Origin: an uncultured Candidatus Saccharibacteria bacterium
GTDB taxonomy: Bacteria > Patescibacteriota > Minisyncoccia > UBA9983
DNA length: 57,813 bases
Direction: 5' to 3'
Assembly (NCBI GenBank): GCA_964372755.1
Contig: CAYJQX010000005.1
Location: 1-57,813, forward strand
Part shown: positions 45,790 to 57,445 of the stretch, in pieces
Numbering within the stretch: position 1 is the stretch's first letter
Layout: each line of letters opens with the position of its first letter
The notes under the pieces: model-generated
What the model saw: the letters and a program-made list of their open reading frames with translations, nothing else
What the model was told of the DNA's origin: nothing
The model's database searches: none
Position numbers and translations under genes: made by a program

Positions 45790-46182
45790 TCACACCTCCT
45801 TTAATTTGGTGGAAAGCCCTTTGGGATTGGCTAAGTGAAGAAAAATCAAACAGAAAACAAAACCCGCGCCCGAGAGATAAAAAAGTTCCTGTACTACTAC
45901 ATAATCTTCAAAAAAGATTATGCCGACAAAAACGGATAAAAAAAGACATATGAAAGAGAGGGCGCAGTGATAAAAAACCAGCATCCATCTCTCTTCATAA
46001 AAATCCTGCAAGACAAAGGCCGGTAAAAATATACCCGCCAATGCCAGAATTAAGCTGGCGGTCAGGGGTCCTGAAGCCATCATGATGAAAACGGCCAAAA
46101 GAAGAATTAAAGAAACTCTTCTCAACAGAGCCCCTTCAAAACTCAACTCCTCTCTTTCTTTCAAAAAAACATAAACAGACAT
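45790..46182 (-). CDS. Orphan four-TM membrane protein
   Basis: 130 aa, almost fully hydrophobic, GGAGG SD. Confidence 0.65.
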   Translation of the reverse strand: MSVYVFLKEREELSFEGALLRRVSLILLLAVFIMMASGPLTASLILALAGIFLPAFVLQDFYEERWMLVFYHCALSFICLFLSVFVGIIFFEDYVVVQELFYLSGAGFVFCLIFLHLANPKGLSTKLKEV

Positions 46183-46283
46183 TTCTCACCTCCCGCGAGA
46201 ATGAATGTTTTTTGGAAAAATAACATGACCAATCTGTTTTTAATTATAGCAAAAAATCTAGAAGAAATTCCAGCTTCTGTTTT

Positions 46284-48869
46284 TTAATCCAAAACTTTTC
46301 TCAAATATTGCCCAGTTAGTGATTCTTTGTTTTTGGCCAAAGTCTCCGGCGTCCCTACGCCGATTATCTTTCCGCCCTTATCGCCCCCGTCTGGCCCCAA
46401 ATCTATCACCCAATCGGCCGTTTTTATGACATCTAAGTTATGTTCAATTACGAGCACGGTATTACCTCTCTCCACCAACCTCTGCAAAACCTTGAGCAAA
46501 TTTTTGATGTCGGCAAAATGCAGTCCGGTTGTCGGCTCGTCCAAAAGATAAAGAGTGCGCATAGTGTCCCTCTTGCCGAGTTCGGCGGATAATTTGATGC
46601 GTTGCGCTTCTCCACCGGATAACGTCGTCGCCGACTGGCCAAGAGTAAGATAACCCAACCCTACGTCGTTTAAAATTTTAAATCTGTCTTCCAGCCACGG
46701 GATATCTACAAAAAATTTTAAGGCCTCTTCTATCGTCATCATCAAAATATCGTGAATATTTTTGCCCTTGTATTCCACTTCCAAAGTCTCTCGATCAAAT
46801 CTTTTGCCCTTGCAAACATCGCAAGAAACATAAACGGTCGGCAGAAAATGCATTTCAATGGCCAAGGTGCCATGACCTTCGCAATTTTCGCATCTTCCTC
46901 CCGGCACATTAAAACTAAACCGTCCGGGTTTGTATCCTCTGATACGCGCGTCTTCGGTGGAGGAAAAAATTTCTCGGATAAATGTCCACGCGCCTACGTA
47001 AGTGGCCGGATTGGATCGAGGCGTTCGCCCGATGGCCGATTGATCAATATTTATCACTCTGTTTATATATTCCGTGCCGGTGATGGCTTCATGGGCGCCC
47101 GGCTTTAGAGCCGCCCCGTTAAACCTGTTTGCCAAGGTTTTGTAGAGCACGTCATAGATAAGAGTGCTTTTTCCAGAACCGGAAACACCTGTCACCGCCG
47201 TAAGTCGTCTTAGGGGAATTTCCACCAAAACATTCTTCAGGTTATTATGCGTCGCTTTTTTTATTTTGATACTGTCATGAGGAGTGCCTATTTTTCTTCT
47301 TTCCTTTGGCACGGGGATTTTTTCTTCTCCTCTTAAATATTTCAAAGTCAGCGAATCAGTTGCTCCTTTTATTTTTGAATTCGGTTTTAAAATATCGGGA
47401 ATCGGGCCTTCGGTTACAATATGCCCGCCGTAAATACCCGCTCCGGGACCGATATCCACTAAATAATCCGAAGAGCGGATAGAATCTTCATCGTGCTCCA
47501 CAATAATAACCGTGTTTCCCAAATCACGGAGATTATGAAGAGTGTTTATGAGTTTGGCGTTGTCTCTTTGGTGCAAACCTATAGTCGGCTCGTCTAAAAT
47601 ATAAAGAGTGCCCACAAGCCGAGAGCCAATTTGTGAAGCTAAACGAATGCGCTGGGATTCTCCGCCTGACATTGAACCGGAGCGCCTGTCCAGGGTGAGA
47701 TAATCCAGACCCACATCGGATAAAAACTTTAGTCTGCTTTTTATCTCTCTCAGAGGCGTCTCGGCTACTTCAAGAAAAGAAACATCTCCCTGATTTTCCA
47801 GATCATTAAAAAAAGCAATGGCTTCGGTGATGGATAAACCGGTCACGCCGGCAATATTCTTCTCCCCCAAAAGAACGCTCAGAGCCTCTTTCTTGAGTCT
47901 TCGGCCAGCGCAACTCCCACAAAGATTTTCCGACCACACATCTTCCGTGCCAAGCCCGTGGCAAGTTTCGCAAGCGCCATACGGGCTGTTGAAAGAAAAA
48001 AGTCTTGGTTCAATTTCGGGAAAAGCAAAACCGTCGTTCGGGCAGGTAAATTTGGCCGAAAGAGTGTGCTCCTCCACTACGCCTAAACGGCCCCGCGAAG
48101 CAAGCTCTCCTTTGGATTTGCCTTCGGGCTTCATTATCAAACGCATAATATCGTTGCCATATTTCAAGGCGGTCTCAATAGCTTCCGACAATCGAAGCCT
48201 GTTGTCTTTCACCCTGAAATCAAAAGCGGAAGGAATAGTGTCCACAACTAAGTCTATGGTGTGGCTTTTATATCTGCTCAAAATTATTCTGGAGCGAAGA
48301 GATTTAAAAACACCGTCCACTCTCGCTTCGCCAAAACCGGCATTCAGAAAATCATATAGCATCTGATAGTACTCTCCTTTTCTGCCCATGACCGCCGGCG
48401 CCAAAATTTTTACTTCTCCCTTGCCTTTTAATTTTTTAGCCATTTCAATCGCCACATCCACAATTTCTTCGGCCGTCATTTTTTTTATCGGATGCCCGCA
48501 CTCCGGACAATATGGTTTGCCAAGACGGGCAAAAAGCACCCGCAAATAATCATAAATTTCGGTAACGGTAGCGACTGTGGAGCGCGGATTCCCCGAGTGG
48601 CTTTTTTGATCTATGGAAATGGCCGGCGAAAGCCCTTCTATTTCATCCACATCGGGCTTGTCCAAACGCCCTAAAAATTGGCGGGCATAAGCGGAGAGAG
48701 ATTCTATATAACGCCTCTGTCCTTCGGCAAAAATGGTATCAAACGCCAAAGATGATTTACCCGAACCGGACAAGCCCGTAAAAACAATCATTTTATTACG
48801 AGGCAACTCCAATTTGATATTCTTTAGATTGTGTTCGCGCGCGCCTTTGATAATAATTTTTTCTTTCAT
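46284..48869 (-). CDS. uvrA: Excinuclease ABC subunit A
   Basis: GAREHNLKN, TGLSGSGKSSLAFDT, LSGGEAQR, DEPT motifs; start set at MKEKIIIKGA (the longer ORF crosses a terminator). Confidence 0.98.
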   Translation of the reverse strand: MKEKIIIKGAREHNLKNIKLELPRNKMIVFTGLSGSGKSSLAFDTIFAEGQRRYIESLSAYARQFLGRLDKPDVDEIEGLSPAISIDQKSHSGNPRSTVATVTEIYDYLRVLFARLGKPYCPECGHPIKKMTAEEIVDVAIEMAKKLKGKGEVKILAPAVMGRKGEYYQMLYDFLNAGFGEARVDGVFKSLRSRIILSRYKSHTIDLVVDTIPSAFDFRVKDNRLRLSEAIETALKYGNDIMRLIMKPEGKSKGELASRGRLGVVEEHTLSAKFTCPNDGFAFPEIEPRLFSFNSPYGACETCHGLGTEDVWSENLCGSCAGRRLKKEALSVLLGEKNIAGVTGLSITEAIAFFNDLENQGDVSFLEVAETPLREIKSRLKFLSDVGLDYLTLDRRSGSMSGGESQRIRLASQIGSRLVGTLYILDEPTIGLHQRDNAKLINTLHNLRDLGNTVIIVEHDEDSIRSSDYLVDIGPGAGIYGGHIVTEGPIPDILKPNSKIKGATDSLTLKYLRGEEKIPVPKERRKIGTPHDSIKIKKATHNNLKNVLVEIPLRRLTAVTGVSGSGKSTLIYDVLYKTLANRFNGAALKPGAHEAITGTEYINRVINIDQSAIGRTPRSNPATYVGAWTFIREIFSSTEDARIRGYKPGRFSFNVPGGRCENCEGHGTLAIEMHFLPTVYVSCDVCKGKRFDRETLEVEYKGKNIHDILMMTIEEALKFFVDIPWLEDRFKILNDVGLGYLTLGQSATTLSGGEAQRIKLSAELGKRDTMRTLYLLDEPTTGLHFADIKNLLKVLQRLVERGNTVLVIEHNLDVIKTADWVIDLGPDGGDKGGKIIGVGTPETLAKNKESLTGQYLRKVLD

Positions 48870-48966
48870 ATTTTTTTTATTCCAAAAACCAAACTCCCCA
48901 AAATAAGATGACTGGGGTAAGTAAGTATACTCTACCCCACGATAAAGAAACAGGTCAAATAAAAAA

Positions 48967-48990
48967 CACCCCGCTAAATCCAGCGGGGTG
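48967..48990 (-). terminator. Terminator of 367-aa orphan gene
   Basis: caccccgct-aaatcc-agcggggtg next to an A-run on + strand. Confidence 0.7.
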
Positions 48991-48996
48991 TGACAG

Positions 48997-50100
48997 TTAG
49001 GCAAGAAGTGCTTGCAGTTCCTCTAAGGCCACAAGCTTTTCTTTTATGACTTCGATCTTAGCATTGAGAGCCCCCTTGCTAATATCGATTCCGACAAGTT
49101 CAGCGCGGAGCTCATTTTCTCTACTCTCCAGCTCGGAGATTGAAAATCTGAGCTCCTCTATCTTCTTTTCTGCTATCGAAGTAACAATTTGCAAGGTCTG
49201 CTCTCCTTCCTCTTCATTCCCCTTAAACAAAATTTCAGAGGCTTCAGAGGCTTGATTTTTCCGTAAAAACTTTTCCGGCACCTCAAAGCCGTTTGACTCA
49301 AGAAGATCCGCGCCGTCTTGAGTCAAAAGATAGGAACCCCAATATTGGCGATTAACTGTGACCAAATATTTTTTTGCCTTCGGGCTATGATTTCGGAAAA
49401 CCTTAGCAGCAACTTTGGTTGCCATTGACCGGTTTTCTTTTACCTCATAAGAAAAACCCGCAAGTTCAAGGACAATCTGCAAAATTTCTTGCCCTCGGAT
49501 ATAATCGTTCTCACCTGAACGATCAATAATCTCCGCCAAGGCAAAAGCCACTTCCTCCGGTTTCCGAAAACGATCCATAATGTCATTCCATTTTGCTTCT
49601 TTTGGAAGCAAAGGCTCATCTGCTTGAGCCTCGTGAGGAGTTTCCTCTGAGACATCATGCATCATTGGTATCCCCACTTTTTCAACGGTGATAGCATTAT
49701 CATCACCATTTATCATCGGATCGATCTTCCTTTCGGGATTATCAACTTTAATCAGCGGGACTTCTTCATTACACCTCAAGAAAATCTCCAGAGGTGAAAA
49801 ATTACAATCACCTTCTGGCGACACTCTAAAAGCATGGGAAGTTTCTCTCCCGTTCGGTCTCGCTCTGACAGAAACACTGGACCTCGTGTGTCCCGAACAG
49901 ATCACTTGTCCCGGAAAACCGACAAATCCCCTGTTCCGAGATACCGAGGCATTCAGTGTTCCGTGCACACCTCGTTCTTCAAAATAGTTGGCCATCAATT
50001 TTGCGTGGCCTCCTATCCTATCCCGATGATGATCGCCTCCAATAACCACCCGAGTTAATTTGTTGGACGAAAACGCATCTTCTATAGGTTTTTTATGCAC
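48997..50100 (-). CDS. Orphan protein with C-terminal coiled coil
   Basis: 367 aa; GTG start with GGAGG SD; heptad-rich C-terminus. Confidence 0.7.
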   Translation of the reverse strand: MHKKPIEDAFSSNKLTRVVIGGDHHRDRIGGHAKLMANYFEERGVHGTLNASVSRNRGFVGFPGQVICSGHTRSSVSVRARPNGRETSHAFRVSPEGDCNFSPLEIFLRCNEEVPLIKVDNPERKIDPMINGDDNAITVEKVGIPMMHDVSEETPHEAQADEPLLPKEAKWNDIMDRFRKPEEVAFALAEIIDRSGENDYIRGQEILQIVLELAGFSYEVKENRSMATKVAAKVFRNHSPKAKKYLVTVNRQYWGSYLLTQDGADLLESNGFEVPEKFLRKNQASEASEILFKGNEEEGEQTLQIVTSIAEKKIEELRFSISELESRENELRAELVGIDISKGALNAKIEVIKEKLVALEELQALLA

Positions 50101-50285
50101 AGTATCCTCCTTTTTTTGGAAAACTTTTTGATTTATGAAAGATCATTTAGGTAACTGCCAAAGACATTAACAAATTTGACTTTATAATGCAAGTATTTTG
50201 TAAAAACTCTGCTCTGCTCTTGTTTTCTGGTTCTTTTTGATTTATAAATTACATAGATAATTTCTCATTTTAAAAGGAGGTTCAA

Positions 50286-50468
50286 ATGTCCAGATATATT
50301 CCCCTGCGAGTGTTGAAAGAAACAGTAAAAAAAATCAAGAAAACGAAAAACAGAAGAACTTCTTCCTGCTACGGAAGGCTCTCAAGACTTCAGAGAGAAA
50401 TCAAGAGAAGGGAAGAGGTCAATCATCTCGTAGACATGGAAGCAGAAGAACTATTGTCTATGAGGTAA
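50286..50468 (+). CDS. Small basic orphan protein
   Basis: aggagg SD before ATG; followed by bidirectional hairpin 50474-50500. Confidence 0.5.
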   Translation: MSRYIPLRVLKETVKKIKKTKNRRTSSCYGRLSRLQREIKRREEVNHLVDMEAEELLSMR

Positions 50469-50473
50469 AAAAA

Positions 50474-50500
50474 TAGCAGACGCCTTTTTCGCGTCTGCTA
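50474..50500. terminator. Bidirectional terminator
   Basis: tagcagacgc-ctttttc-gcgtctgcta between convergent small ORFs. Confidence 0.7.
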
Positions 50501-50523
50501 ATTTATTTTCCGTCTTTGAAATA

Positions 50524-50859
50524 TCAGACCATCGGCATTATTTCAGTTGATGCCGATGTAATGACCTTCCGGTTAAAAAACTCCAAGTGGATATTTTTTT
50601 CACCGACCCACTTACCAACAATCCATTCTGGGTTTCTCAAGACGTCCATGGCTCTTTTTCCTGAAGGGATATCCTTCACTTCCGTCCCATCACTAACAAA
50701 AACAGAAAAAGAATCTTTCGGTTTAACAGCGACAGAAAGATGAGCATCTTCCATCTTTGTGTTGCGACAAAGAAAAATTTCTTCCGCTTCATCAACAATT
50801 TTCCCTGCGAAAGGATAAACTGCCAATAATTCTTGGTAGCTCATCTCGTGGACAGGCAT
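50524..50859 (-). CDS. Orphan hypothetical protein
   Basis: 111 aa with GGAG SD, ends at the shared terminator. Confidence 0.55.
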   Translation of the reverse strand: MPVHEMSYQELLAVYPFAGKIVDEAEEIFLCRNTKMEDAHLSVAVKPKDSFSVFVSDGTEVKDIPSGKRAMDVLRNPEWIVGKWVGEKNIHLEFFNRKVITSASTEIMPMV

Positions 50860-50957
50860 AATCTCTCCTCCATTAGCAAAATGGTGAAAATCGACAGGAA
50901 ATAAAAAAACTAACTTTCCCTAGTTTATTTTCTTCCCATTGCTTGTCAAGAGATAAA

Positions 50958-53075
<2,118 letters not shown>

Positions 53076-53155
53076 GTTTTAATTTTGCTTTTAATAAATA
53101 CAAGCAAATTAAAGAATAGGGATTAGAGTAAATTAAATCAAATATTTTTAGAGAA

Positions 53156-53530
53156 TTATTTGGATGCTTTTTTTTGGCTCTTTATTTTCCTTGCTCCGTC
53201 TCTCGCGCGAGCAATATTTTTACCGTGAGTCCGAACAAGTTCTTTTTTGATTTCGTCTTTGGCCTTATCGATAGCTTTATAAATATCAGTCTCCTCCGCC
53301 GTCGCTCGCAAGCCTTTTTTGGAACGCGCCGGCATTATTTGGATTTCGGCCCGAAAAACTTCGCCTTTATGGTGCCGGCTCGTTACCATGCCCACTTCCA
53401 CAAAAATACCCGCGTTTTCGCTGTAACCGTGTATGAATTTCTCGATAGAAAAAACTTTTTTCAAAACATATTCCCTGACGGCATCGGTTAAAACAAATTT
53501 TGTGGCTTGAATTGAGATTAGACGTTTCAT
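53156..53530 (-). CDS. hpf: Ribosome hibernation factor (HPF/RaiA, short)
   Basis: LTDAVREYV.KK...FRAEIQI...ATAEETDIYKAIDKAKDEI. Confidence 0.88.
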   Translation of the reverse strand: MKRLISIQATKFVLTDAVREYVLKKVFSIEKFIHGYSENAGIFVEVGMVTSRHHKGEVFRAEIQIMPARSKKGLRATAEETDIYKAIDKAKDEIKKELVRTHGKNIARARDGARKIKSQKKASK

Positions 53531-53611
53531 ATCTTGAGTATAACACGAGGGAGAATGTGGGGGCTAGTATATCCTGAAATTTAAGATAAGAATGGAATCT
53601 ACGCAATTTAA

Positions 53612-53742
53612 CAACGCTAATAATACGCGTGAATGAAGCAAACAGAAGAAACTGGGGCAGACGCATTGCATTATTAGCGTCATTCGTATCCATTCGCGCT
53701 TGCCCGCCCATAGCTTCCCAGCGAAGGAGGGTATTGGTGTCG
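53612..53742. repeat. Inverted-repeat element copy E (degenerate left arm; right arm with nested 33-bp insert)
   Basis: caacgctaataatacgcgtgaatg...attagcgtcattcgtatccattcgcg[cttgcccgcccatagcttcccagcgaaggaggg]tattggtgtcg. Confidence 0.88.
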
Positions 53743-53743
53743 G

Positions 53744-54355
53744 TTAATTATATTTCTTCAGTGTCTGAAAATCCTTAAGTAACTCCGGTTTTTCGTGAAT
53801 ATTGTAAATAGCCACAGCCGGATGATAGAGAGGTAAAATGTCTAATTCTCCATAGGAGGTTTTGGCTTTAAAAACTCTGCCATGCATTTGGCTTATCGGA
53901 CCGCATTGCAGTCCTAAACCGAATTTTTCCATTATATAGACCATGGAAAATCTGCCCAAGGTAGCGATTACCCGAGGCTGAATTGTTTCTATTTGTCTGT
54001 CTAAAAATGGGCTATATAAATTTATTTCGGCCGGAGTCGGGTCGCGATTTTCTGGCGGACGATCTTTGACAATATTGGTAACATAAACATCTTCTCTTTT
54101 TATGCCAACAGAGAAAAGCAGTTCGTCCAAAACCCTCCCCGACGCGCCACAAAAGGGCCGTCCTGTTTGGGCTTCATTTTTCCCCGGCGCTTCGCCGACA
54201 AACATTATTTTAGCGGAGTGGCTCCCCTCCCCGATAACAGGAAAGGATTTATTCTGAATTCTATATTCGTAAAGAGGCGAAACTTTGAGATTTAAAACTT
54301 CTTCTTTAATTTTTTTGAGTTGTCCTGTTTTTTTATTCGTGTCATTCGTGAACAT
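53744..54355 (-). CDS. Uracil-DNA glycosylase family 4
   Basis: MFVGEAPG..E...GRPFCGASG, VYVTNIVKDRPPENRDP, LYHPA. Confidence 0.94.
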   Translation of the reverse strand: MFTNDTNKKTGQLKKIKEEVLNLKVSPLYEYRIQNKSFPVIGEGSHSAKIMFVGEAPGKNEAQTGRPFCGASGRVLDELLFSVGIKREDVYVTNIVKDRPPENRDPTPAEINLYSPFLDRQIETIQPRVIATLGRFSMVYIMEKFGLGLQCGPISQMHGRVFKAKTSYGELDILPLYHPAVAIYNIHEKPELLKDFQTLKKYN

Positions 54356-54371
54356 TCGCGTATTGGTGTCG
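54335..54371. repeat. Single arm of inverted-repeat element (copy F) containing the UDG start codon
   Basis: attcgtgtcattcgtgaacattcgcgtattggtgtcg; ATG at 54355. Confidence 0.9.
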
Positions 54372-54373
54372 GG

Positions 54374-55150
54374 TTATCTGATTTCGTAGGTAATAGTGAC
54401 CGAAGCTTTCACTTCTTCCGAGCCCGGCTCTATTTGAGGAGCAGAGCTTTTTTGAATGGAAGCTCCGGCAAAATCACCCCCATAAACTTCATAAAAAGGG
54501 GAGTTCGGTGAGTTGTCATAGATACTGGTTATTCTCCCTATTTTGAATCCGCCTGCCTCCGCTATAACCAAAGCTTTTTCTTTGGCCTTTTTTATCGCTT
54601 CCGCCCTAGCTTCTGCCTCGGCTTTCTCTGGATTGTCTATAACAAAGAAAAGTTGGGAAACAGAATTAGCTCCGTTTTTCACCACTCCGCTTACCACATC
54701 CCCTGTTTTTGTGAGATCACGAATTTTGATTTCCAAAGTCTGACTGACAGTATAACCGGATATTTCCGGCGCCGGACAGATTCTGTCCGTGCAGTTGTAA
54801 TAAGGATATTTCGGAACAACATTGTAATTTAGGGTTTTGATATCTTTAGGATCCACGCCTTTGGCTTTCACAAAATCTATAACCTTATTTGCGTTTTCAG
54901 TATTCTTTGTTTGAATGGCGTTTAAATCTTTGCCACCTTCAGTGATAACACTGGCTGTAAATTTTGCCACGTCGGGCACTGTAATAACCTTGCCTTCGGA
55001 TGTAACAGAAAACGTCCTGTTGTAATAGGAATCGAGAGAATCATAACTTGTCCAAGCAAAAAACACCCCATATGAAATAGCCGCTAGAGCAATCGACGAT
55101 GAGCCGATAATGATAGAGATTCCTAAGTATTTTTTTATTTTTGGTTCCAT
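54374..55150 (-). CDS. SIMPL (DUF541) domain protein
   Basis: VTSEGKV...PDVA, GANSVSQLFF, ARAEAIKKAKEKA...A; start set at MEPKIKK. Confidence 0.9.
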   Translation of the reverse strand: MEPKIKKYLGISIIIGSSSIALAAISYGVFFAWTSYDSLDSYYNRTFSVTSEGKVITVPDVAKFTASVITEGGKDLNAIQTKNTENANKVIDFVKAKGVDPKDIKTLNYNVVPKYPYYNCTDRICPAPEISGYTVSQTLEIKIRDLTKTGDVVSGVVKNGANSVSQLFFVIDNPEKAEAEARAEAIKKAKEKALVIAEAGGFKIGRITSIYDNSPNSPFYEVYGGDFAGASIQKSSAPQIEPGSEEVKASVTITYEIR

Positions 55151-55161
55151 AATTTTTATAA

Positions 55162-55270
55162 CGACGCTAATACACGAATAATACACGAATGTCGCGAATA
55201 ATAAAGAGGGAAGACAAGATTTGGTATTATACTATTAGTGTCATTCGTGAACATTCGTGTATTGGTGTCG
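55162..55270. repeat. Inverted-repeat element copy G (empty)
   Basis: cgacgctaatacacgaataatacacgaatgtcgcgaat...attagtgtcattcgtgaacattcgtgtattggtgtcg. Confidence 0.92.
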
Positions 55271-55272
55271 GG

Positions 55273-55647
55273 TTATAAATATTCCCTCACTTTTTTCACT
55301 ATTTCGTCCAAGCTATTGTGCGCTTTCACCAAAAAAGCATCTGCACCGAGGGCTTTTGCCGAAGCCATGTCTTCCTGTGAACCAAGGTTAGTAAAAAGAA
55401 TGACCGGTATTTTCTTGGTTGCGTCGCCTACTTTCAAAAGCTTCAAAATTTCGAAGCCGTCAAGGCCGGGTAAAATGATATCCAGTAAGATGACGCTTGG
55501 GATCTTGTCTTTGGCAATTTTTATGGCTTCTTCTCCCTCCGAAGCGATAAAAACTTCTAAGTTTTCTTTTTTGAAAGCTTTTTCCGTTAAATCTCTCAAA
55601 AACTTATCGTCTTCTATAATAAGGACGCTTTTTTTGTTTTCTTCCAT
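55273..55647 (-). CDS. Single-domain response regulator (receiver)
   Basis: VLIIEDD, LLDIILPGLDG, ILFTN, FLVKA. Confidence 0.95.
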   Translation of the reverse strand: MEENKKSVLIIEDDKFLRDLTEKAFKKENLEVFIASEGEEAIKIAKDKIPSVILLDIILPGLDGFEILKLLKVGDATKKIPVILFTNLGSQEDMASAKALGADAFLVKAHNSLDEIVKKVREYL

Positions 55648-55681
55648 CTAATTTTTTTGTAAAAACAATACTATTGTATAC

Positions 55682-57367
55682 TTATTTTGAAACCTTTGCA
55701 ATCGGAAGACTCACCGTAAAAGTCGTGCCCTTCCCTTCTTCCGAAGAAAAAGAAATTTTTCCACCGTGGGCTTGGATGATGTTTTTGGCTATGTATAATC
55801 CAAGGCCAGTTCCTTCTGTTTCCATATGAAAAGCATTTCTGCTTCTAAAAAACTTTTCAAATATCCTCGGCTTATCTTTCTCGGGCACGCCAATACCAGT
55901 ATCGCTGATCGTCACTATAATTTTGCCATTTTCCGATTTCAAGAAAATCTTTATTGTACCTTCGGCAGGCGTGTACTTAATGGCGTTGCTGATTATGTTT
56001 TCAAAAGCAACGGTTATTTTTTCTTCGTCCAAAGAGAGTGGCGCGATAATTTTTACCTGTTCCTCTATTTTTAACCCTTTATTTTCTGCAATGATTCTAT
56101 TTTGACCTATAACGGAGAGCAGTACTTGGGCTAAATCAATTTTCTGAAAAGAAAATCCAAATCGGCCTTCTTCTATTCTTATGACATTCAACAAATCATC
56201 CACCAGTTCTATAAGATTTTCTGTTACCTCATTTAATTTTTCTACGTGTTCTTTTTGCTCAGAAGAAATCTTCCCGAGTGAGCCCTTGGAAAAAAGCCTG
56301 CCTATCCATTTTATGGCCGTGAGCGGAGTCCTAAGCCTGTGAGCAATCAGGGTTAAAAACTCGTCTTTTTGTCTGGATAAAGCTTCCAACCGCTTGTTTC
56401 TTTCCATCAGTTCTTTTGTCTGCTCAATTACCTTGCCCCTTAGGTTTGAAGTAAGATTCTGAAGCTGTAAAGCGAGAGCTTCTTGTTTTTCCTTCTGTCG
56501 CACTTCTTCTCTTATGCTTTTTATAAGAAACAAGCCAAGGATAAAAACAAAAATAAAAACAAAAATATCCACCAATTGATCGCCTGAATTTCTTTCAAGA
56601 AGAATTCTGGTGATAAGAAAAAACCACAAAAGCGCCACCAAAACTTCCGTCAGAACAGTCCGAACATTGAAAAGTTTGTAACGCAAAATAGCATAAGTCA
56701 TGATCATAGGATAAACGGCCACCATAAAATTAGCGTAAGGATAAATATCTACCTCAAAAACCGGCAAAAAAGCAGTCAGACCGCCGATTAATCCGGTCAA
56801 GGTGGCAAGCATAAAATATTTTGCCTGCATTCTTTTTCCCTCTTCTATTTTTTTATTTCTTGAAAACATCCAGAGCCGGTAATGAGAAAGGCCAAGAAGA
56901 CAAACAAAAAAGAAGACAAATAAAACATAGAGATCCGACGGAGGAGAATCATAATAAAAAGAACCGAAAACAAATCTCATTGATTCAATAAAATAAGGAG
57001 TGAGATTTAAAACCAGAAAAAAACCAGCGACAGAATAAACCGCCAAAGCCTCCATTTTTCTCCGCAAACCAAGAAACGAGTAAGTGAAAGCGTAATAAAC
57101 AGTTGGAATAAGGATAACTCCACCATGAGCCACTCGCCACCAGAATCTTGCCGCTTCAGGCATTGAAGCAGTTGCAACAAAAAATATTCCTAGTCCGTAA
57201 AGCGCCACGGAAAAAGCCTCCAGACACCAGAGTTTGGTGGCTTGATTGCGAAAACCTTTTACAAAAACATAAATGCCGAAAGCAAAATTTGTGATAAAAA
57301 TAAGGATACCCGAAATAGCAAAGGGATTAAGGTGAGAAAATAATGAATAAAAGTTCATTTTAAGCAA
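55682..57367 (-). CDS. Sensor histidine kinase with N-terminal multi-TM domain
   Basis: AHRLRTPL H-box, NIISNAIKY N-box, DTGIG, GTGLGL and GGKI boxes; ~9 N-terminal TM segments. Confidence 0.95.
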   Translation of the reverse strand: MLKMNFYSLFSHLNPFAISGILIFITNFAFGIYVFVKGFRNQATKLWCLEAFSVALYGLGIFFVATASMPEAARFWWRVAHGGVILIPTVYYAFTYSFLGLRRKMEALAVYSVAGFFLVLNLTPYFIESMRFVFGSFYYDSPPSDLYVLFVFFFVCLLGLSHYRLWMFSRNKKIEEGKRMQAKYFMLATLTGLIGGLTAFLPVFEVDIYPYANFMVAVYPMIMTYAILRYKLFNVRTVLTEVLVALLWFFLITRILLERNSGDQLVDIFVFIFVFILGLFLIKSIREEVRQKEKQEALALQLQNLTSNLRGKVIEQTKELMERNKRLEALSRQKDEFLTLIAHRLRTPLTAIKWIGRLFSKGSLGKISSEQKEHVEKLNEVTENLIELVDDLLNVIRIEEGRFGFSFQKIDLAQVLLSVIGQNRIIAENKGLKIEEQVKIIAPLSLDEEKITVAFENIISNAIKYTPAEGTIKIFLKSENGKIIVTISDTGIGVPEKDKPRIFEKFFRSRNAFHMETEGTGLGLYIAKNIIQAHGGKISFSSEEGKGTTFTVSLPIAKVSK

Positions 57368-57445
57368 ATCTTATCTATATGCCTATTATAATTGAAAATT
57401 TTTATTAAGGCATGCGCGGGTCTTGACATTTTTTTTTGTCGTTAT

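Noticed and set aside
48870-49004. 45-aa N-terminal extension of UvrA
   Set aside because: Crosses the terminator of the upstream orphan gene; the conserved start is MKEKIIIKGA
53367-53711. 114-aa ORF MGGQARMDTNDAN...
   Set aside because: Starts in the nested repeat and overlaps hpf out of frame; a repeat by-product
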